Below, piece by piece: positions 58,318 to 64,000 of a DNA stretch of 64,000 nucleotides (its first letter is position 1; each line of letters begins with the position of its first letter). The notes below the pieces were generated by a model that saw only the letters and a list, made by a program, of their open reading frames with translations, ran no database searches and was not told where the DNA came from. Made by a program: the position numbers and the translations under genes. Origin of the DNA: Escherichia coli (lineage in GTDB: Bacteria > Pseudomonadota > Gammaproteobacteria > Enterobacterales > Enterobacteriaceae); NCBI RefSeq assembly GCF_003991155.1, contig NZ_CP031293.1, one strand, 5' to 3'.

Positions 58318-59643
58318 ATGAGTGATATATCCCGGCAAGAATTTCAGCGTCGCCGTCAGGCCCTGGTAGAGCAAATGCAACCCGGCAGCGCCGCGCTGAT
58401 TTTTGCTGCACCAGAAGTAACACGTAGCGCCGACAGCGAATACCCCTATCGTCAGAACAGTGACTTCTGGTACTTCACCGGCTTTAACGAACCGGAAGCG
58501 GTGCTGGTGCTGATTAAAAGCGATGACACTCATAACCACAGCGTTTTGTTTAACCGCGTTCGCGACCTGACGGCAGAGATCTGGTTTGGTCGTCGCTTAG
58601 GCCAGGATGCCGCGCCAGAGAAACTGGGCGTTGACCGCGCACTGGCATTCAGCGAAATCAATCAGCAACTTTATCAACTACTTAATGGTCTGGATGTGGT
58701 TTACCACGCTCAGGGCGAATATGCATATGCTGATGAAATCGTGAACAGCGCGCTTGAGAAACTGCGTAAAGGTTCGCGGCAAAATCTCACCGCACCGGCA
58801 ACGATGATCGACTGGCGTCCTGTTGTTCATGAAATGCGCCTGTTCAAATCACCAGAAGAGATTGCCGTACTTCGCCGCGCGGGTGAAATCACCGCACTGG
58901 CGCATACACGGGCGATGGAAAAATGCCGTCCGGGGATGTTCGAGTACCATCTGGAAGGCGAAATTCACCACGAATTTAACCGCCACGGTGCGCGTTACCC
59001 TTCCTATAACACCATTGTTGGCAGCGGTGAAAACGGCTGCATTTTGCACTACACCGAAAACGAGTGTGAACTGCGTGACGGTGACCTGGTGTTGATTGAC
59101 GCGGGTTGTGAATACAAAGGTTACGCTGGCGACATTACCCGCACCTTCCCGGTCAACGGCAAATTCACTCAGGCTCAGCGTGAAATCTATGACATTGTGC
59201 TGGAGTCTCTTGAAACCAGCCTGCGCCTGTATCGTCCGGGAACTTCCATTCAGGAAGTCACTGGTGAAGTGGTGCGCATCATGGTTAGCGGTCTGGTAAA
59301 ACTCGGCATCCTGAAAGGTGAAGTTGATGAACTGATCGCTCAGAACGCCCATCGTCCTTTCTTTATGCATGGCCTTAGCCACTGGTTAGGACTGGATGTT
59401 CATGACGTTGGTGTTTATGGTCAGGATCGCTCGCGTATTCTGGAACCGGGTATGGTTCTGACCGTAGAACCAGGGCTGTATATTGCGCCGGATGCAGAAG
59501 TGCCAGAACAGTATCGCGGTATCGGCATTCGTATTGAAGACGATATTGTGATTACCGAAACCGGTAATGAAAACCTCACCGCCAGCGTGGTGAAAAAGCC
59601 GGAAGAAATCGAAGCGTTGATGGCAGCTGCGAGAAAGCAATGA
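58318..59643 (+). CDS. pepP: Xaa-Pro aminopeptidase (aminopeptidase P II)
   Basis: 441 aa from 'MSDISRQEFQRRRQALVEQMQPGSAALIFAAPEV'; M24 metal ligands 'HGLSHWLGLDVHD'. Confidence 0.95.
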   Translation: MSDISRQEFQRRRQALVEQMQPGSAALIFAAPEVTRSADSEYPYRQNSDFWYFTGFNEPEAVLVLIKSDDTHNHSVLFNRVRDLTAEIWFGRRLGQDAAPEKLGVDRALAFSEINQQLYQLLNGLDVVYHAQGEYAYADEIVNSALEKLRKGSRQNLTAPATMIDWRPVVHEMRLFKSPEEIAVLRRAGEITALAHTRAMEKCRPGMFEYHLEGEIHHEFNRHGARYPSYNTIVGSGENGCILHYTENECELRDGDLVLIDAGCEYKGYAGDITRTFPVNGKFTQAQREIYDIVLESLETSLRLYRPGTSIQEVTGEVVRIMVSGLVKLGILKGEVDELIAQNAHRPFFMHGLSHWLGLDVHDVGVYGQDRSRILEPGMVLTVEPGLYIAPDAEVPEQYRGIGIRIEDDIVITETGNENLTASVVKKPEEIEALMAAARKQ

Positions 59644-60818
59644 GCGTAATCATCGTCGGTGGCGGCATGGCGGGCGCGACGCTGGCGCTGGCTATTTCCC
59701 GGTTAAGTCACGGGGCGCTGCCAGTACATTTGATTGAAGCGACCGCGCCAGAGTCACATGCGCATCCGGGCTTTGATGGACGAGCTATTGCGCTGGCGGC
59801 GGGTACCTGTCAGCAACTGGCGCGCATCGGCGTCTGGCAATCTCTGGCTGATTGCGCAACTGCCATCACCACAGTGCATGTCAGCGATCGTGGTCACGCT
59901 GGATTTGTCACCCTCGCCGCAGAAGATTACCAACTGGCGGCGCTGGGGCAGGTTGTCGAATTGCACAATGTCGGGCAACGGCTGTTTGCATTGCTGCGCA
60001 AAGCACCTGGCGTAACGCTGCATTGCCCTGATCGCGTGGCTAACGTTGCCCGTACTCAGAGCCTCGTTGAAGTGACGCTGGAGAGTGGCGAGACGCTGAC
60101 GGGCCGCGTGCTGGTAGCCGCTGATGGCACCCATTCAGCGTTAGCCACCGTGTGCGGCGTTGACTGGCAGCAGGAGCCTTACGAACAACTGGCTGTGATT
60201 GCCAACGTTGCGACTTCCGTTGCGCATGAAGGGCGCGCTTTTGAACGCTTTACACAATATGGCCCGCTGGCGATGTTGCCGATGTCTGACGGACGCTGTT
60301 CGCTGGTCTGGTGTCATCCACTGGAACGGCGCGAAGAGGTGCTGTCGTGGAATGACGAGAAGTTTTGCCGTGAACTCCAGTCGGCCTTTGGCTGGCGACT
60401 TGGGAAAATTACTCACGCCGGTAAGCGCAGTGCTTATCCGCTGGCGTTAACCCGCGCCGCCAGACCTATTACCCATCGTACCGTGCTGGTGGGCAATGCG
60501 GCGCAAACTCTGCACCCCATCGCCGGGCAAGGATTTAACCTCGGTATGCGTGATGTGATGAGCCTTGCAGAAACCCTGACTCAGGCGCAGGAGCGCGGAG
60601 AAGACATGGGTGATTACGGCGTATTGTGCCGTTATCAGCAGCGTCGACAGAGCGATCGCGAAGCAACCATCGGCGTCACGGACAGCCTTGTACATCTTTT
60701 TGCCAACCGTTGGACGCCGCTGGTTGTCGGGCGCAACATCGGGCTGATGACGATGGAATTATTTACCCCGGCACGCGATGTGCTGGCGCAGCGCACTCTT
60801 GGTTGGGTGGCGCGTTGA
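59640..60818 (+). CDS. ubiH: 2-octaprenyl-6-methoxyphenol hydroxylase
   Basis: 392 aa; FAD motif 'MSVIIVGGGMAGATLALAI'; overlaps the pepP stop. Confidence 0.93.
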   Translation: MSVIIVGGGMAGATLALAISRLSHGALPVHLIEATAPESHAHPGFDGRAIALAAGTCQQLARIGVWQSLADCATAITTVHVSDRGHAGFVTLAAEDYQLAALGQVVELHNVGQRLFALLRKAPGVTLHCPDRVANVARTQSLVEVTLESGETLTGRVLVAADGTHSALATVCGVDWQQEPYEQLAVIANVATSVAHEGRAFERFTQYGPLAMLPMSDGRCSLVWCHPLERREEVLSWNDEKFCRELQSAFGWRLGKITHAGKRSAYPLALTRAARPITHRTVLVGNAAQTLHPIAGQGFNLGMRDVMSLAETLTQAQERGEDMGDYGVLCRYQQRRQSDREATIGVTDSLVHLFANRWTPLVVGRNIGLMTMELFTPARDVLAQRTLGWVAR

Positions 60819-60840
60819 AGGCGGTTTTAAGGAATAAACA

Positions 60841-62043
60841 ATGCAAAGTGTTGATGTAGCCATTGTTGGCGGCGGCATGGTCGGGCTGGCGGTTGCCTGC
60901 GGATTACAGGGTAGCGGCTTACGCGTTGCCGTACTGGAGCAGCGCGTACCGGAACCTCTGGCGGCGGATGCACCACCACAACTGCGCGTTTCGGCTATCA
61001 ATGCCGCCAGCGAAAAATTACTCACCCGTCTTGGCGTCTGGCAGGACATTCTCTCTCGTAGGGCCTGTTGCTATCACGGTATGGAAGTGTGGGATAAAGA
61101 CAGTTTTGGTCACATCTCGTTTGACGATCAAAGCATGGGCTATAGCCATCTTGGGCATATCGTTGAAAACTCAGTGATTCACTACGCGCTGTGGAACAAA
61201 GCGCAGCAGTCGTCAGATATCACTCTGTTGGCCCCCGCAGAATTACAGCAGGTCGCCTGGGGAGAAAATGAAACCTTCCTGACGTTGAAAGATGGCAGCA
61301 TGTTAACGGCGCGTCTGGTGATTGGCGCAGACGGCGCTAATTCCTGGTTGCGCAACAAAGCCGATATTCCGCTGACTTTCTGGGATTATCAGCATCACGC
61401 GCTGGTGGCGACCATTCGCACGGAAGAACCGCATGATGCGGTGGCGCGGCAGGTTTTCCATGGCGAAGGCATTCTGGCCTTTTTACCGCTTAGCGATCCG
61501 TATCTTTGCTCGATTGTCTGGTCACTGTCGCCAGAGGAAGCGCTGCGGATGCAGCAGGCTAGTGAAGACGAATTTAATCGCGCGTTAAATATCGCTTTTG
61601 ATAATCGCCTGGGCTTATGCAAGGTTGAAAGTGAGCGCCTGGTGTTCCCGCTAACGGGGCGTTATGCGCGCCAGTTTGCCGCGCACCGTCTGGCGCTGGT
61701 GGGCGACGCCGCGCATACCATTCACCCGTTGGCGGGGCAGGGGGTAAATCTCGGCTTTATGGATGCTGCAGAGCTGATTGCTGAACTGAAACGGTTGCAT
61801 CGTCAGGGTAAAGACATCGGGCAGTACATTTACCTGCGTCGCTATGAGCGTAGCCGCAAGCACAGCGCGGCGCTGATGCTGGCTGGTATGCAGGGATTCC
61901 GCGATCTGTTTTCCGGGGCTAATCCGGCGAAAAAATTGCTGCGTGATATTGGTCTGAAACTGGCTGATACGCTTCCTGGCGTTAAGCCACAACTTATTCG
62001 TCAGGCAATGGGATTAAACGATTTGCCTGAATGGCTGCGTTAA
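60841..62043 (+). CDS. ubiI: 2-octaprenylphenol hydroxylase (VisC)
   Basis: 400 aa; FAD motif 'VDVAIVGGGMVGLAVACGL'. Confidence 0.93.
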   Translation: MQSVDVAIVGGGMVGLAVACGLQGSGLRVAVLEQRVPEPLAADAPPQLRVSAINAASEKLLTRLGVWQDILSRRACCYHGMEVWDKDSFGHISFDDQSMGYSHLGHIVENSVIHYALWNKAQQSSDITLLAPAELQQVAWGENETFLTLKDGSMLTARLVIGADGANSWLRNKADIPLTFWDYQHHALVATIRTEEPHDAVARQVFHGEGILAFLPLSDPYLCSIVWSLSPEEALRMQQASEDEFNRALNIAFDNRLGLCKVESERLVFPLTGRYARQFAAHRLALVGDAAHTIHPLAGQGVNLGFMDAAELIAELKRLHRQGKDIGQYIYLRRYERSRKHSAALMLAGMQGFRDLFSGANPAKKLLRDIGLKLADTLPGVKPQLIRQAMGLNDLPEWLR

Positions 62044-62086
62044 ATATTTCTCTTCTGCTGTTTATTTGATACCCATCACACTTTCA

Positions 62087-62116
62087 TCTCCCGGTTTTTT
62101 CGCCGGGAGATTTTCC
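62087..62116 (+). terminator. Intrinsic terminator after ubiI
   Basis: 'tctcccggttttttcgccgggagattttcc'. Confidence 0.6.
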
Positions 62117-62490
62117 TCATTTGAAATAAACTAATTTCACCTGCGATTTCGCATTATATTTTCTAATGCCACGAATTTTTGATTTAGTGTTTTTTGACAT
62201 TTTTTTAGTTCTTAATGTTGTCTTATTCAAATTAACTTTCTCATCTATTTATCTTTATATAGAGATTTGTTCATTTTTTGGTTTTTTATTCTGTTACGAT
62301 TTTGGCGTTTTTTAACCATAAGCTAATGTGATGATCAATTTTACCTTATGGTTAACAGTCTGTTTCGGTGGTAAGTTCAGGCAAAAGAGAACGATTGCGT
62401 TGGGGACCGGGAGTGGCTCCGATGCTGGGTTTCGTGGTGATAATTTCGCCATGGAAAAGTTGTCAGCCCCGCTTATTCAATGAGGACAAG

Positions 62491-63585
62491 ATGGCACAAC
62501 AGACTCCTTTGTACGAACAACACACGCTTTGCGGCGCTCGCATGGTGGATTTCCACGGCTGGATGATGCCGCTGCATTACGGTTCGCAAATCGACGAACA
62601 TCATGCGGTACGTACCGATGCCGGAATGTTTGATGTGTCACATATGACCATCGTCGATCTTCGCGGCAGCCGCACCCGGGAGTTTTTGCGTTATCTGCTG
62701 GCGAACGATGTGGCGAAACTCACCAAAAGCGGCAAAGCCCTTTACTCGGGGATGTTGAATGCCTCTGGCGGTGTGATAGATGACCTCATCGTCTACTACT
62801 TTACTGAAGATTTCTTCCGCCTCGTTGTTAACTCCGCCACCCGCGAAAAAGACCTCTCCTGGATTACCCAACACGCTGAACCTTTCGGCATCGAAATTAC
62901 CGTTCGTGATGACCTTTCCATGATTGCCGTGCAAGGGCCGAATGCGCAGGCAAAAGCTGCCACACTGTTTAATGACGCTCAGCGTCATGCGGTGGAAGGG
63001 ATGAAACCGTTCTTTGGCGTGCAGGCGGGCGATCTGTTTATTGCCACCACCGGTTACACCGGTGAAGCGGGCTACGAAATTGCGCTGCCCAATGAAAAAG
63101 CGGCCGATTTCTGGCGCGCGCTGGTGGAAGCGGGCGTTAAGCCATGCGGTCTGGGCGCGCGTGACACGCTGCGTCTGGAAGCGGGCATGAATCTTTATGG
63201 TCAGGAGATGGACGAAACCATCTCTCCGTTAGCCGCCAACATGGGCTGGACTATCGCCTGGGAACCGGCAGATCGTGACTTCATCGGTCGTGAAGCCCTG
63301 GAAGTGCAGCGTGAACATGGCACAGAAAAACTGGTTGGTCTGGTGATGACTGAAAAAGGCGTGCTGCGTAATGAACTGCCGGTACGTTTTACTGATGCGC
63401 AGGGCAACCAGCATGAAGGCATTATCACCAGCGGTACTTTCTCCCCGACGCTGGGTTACAGCATTGCGCTGGCGCGTGTGCCGGAAGGTATTGGTGAAAC
63501 GGCGATTGTGCAAATTCGCAACCGTGAAATGCCGGTTAAAGTGACGAAACCTGTTTTTGTGCGTAACGGTAAAGCCGTCGCGTGA
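62491..63585 (+). CDS. gcvT: Glycine cleavage system T protein (aminomethyltransferase)
   Basis: 364 aa from '[41 protein letters not shown]'; preceded by a roughly 450-bp AT-rich control region. Confidence 0.96.
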
Positions 63586-63608
63586 TTTACTTTTTTGGAG
63601 ATTGATTG

Positions 63609-63998
63609 ATGAGCAACGTACCAGCAGAACTGAAATACAGCAAAGAACACGAATGGCTGCGTAAAGAAGCCGACGGCACTTACACCGTTGGTATCACCGA
63701 ACATGCCCAGGAGCTGTTAGGCGATATGGTGTTTGTTGACCTGCCGGAAGTGGGCGCAACGGTTAGCGCGGGCGATGACTGCGCGGTTGCCGAATCGGTA
63801 AAAGCGGCGTCAGACATTTATGCGCCAGTAAGCGGTGAAATCGTGGCGGTAAACGACGCACTGAGCGATTCCCCGGAACTGGTGAACAGCGAACCGTATG
63901 CAGGCGGCTGGATCTTTAAAATCAAAGCCAGCGATGAAAGCGAACTGGAATCACTGCTGGATGCGACCGCATACGAAGCATTGTTAGAAGACGAGTAA
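63609..63998 (+). CDS. gcvH: Glycine cleavage system H protein (lipoyl carrier)
   Basis: 129 aa '[49 protein letters not shown]'; lipoyl-Lys motif 'ESVKAASD'. Confidence 0.96.
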
Positions 63999-64000
63999 CG

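Noticed and set aside
62044-62490. Long AT-rich region upstream of gcvT as a possible foreign insertion or small gene
   Set aside because: It contains no convincing ORF and occupies the expected position of the gcvTHP control region; treated as regulatory DNA.

Overview
This window is an enterobacterial (Escherichia coli-like) chromosomal segment that matches, in reverse orientation, the K-12 region pheV-yqgA-speC ... speAB-tktA ... epd-pgk-fbaA ... serA-ssrS-zapA ... gcvTH. Gene identities come from reading the supplied translations against remembered protein families; no database search was run. Most of the 64 kb is conserved core genome: polyamine, glycolysis/pentose-phosphate, ubiquinone and glycine-cleavage genes, plus tRNA-Phe, 6S RNA and an ibsC/sibC type I toxin-antitoxin locus. 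The most interesting feature is a complete 1279-bp IS621-type IS110-family element at 33301-34579, inserted in a REP between tktA and an SPFH gene. Its junctions read ATCAGGC-CT-TGTAT and ACAGTAT-CT-AC, and its 5' leader shows stem-loops containing target-like and donor-like guide strings, as expected for a bridge-RNA-guided recombinase. Other content that I do not recall from K-12: a P4-type integrase beside pheV (island edge at the window start), a lipoprotein gene between speA and speB, a solitary SPFH/band-7 gene, and a five-gene ECF-type transporter operon headed by a PPC/DUF296 protein between yggC and epd. Two apparent gene-decay events are present: an internal deletion in yggF, and a deletion that removes most of the scpA-argK-scpB-scpC methylmalonyl-CoA mutase operon. 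No CRISPR arrays or rRNA genes were seen.
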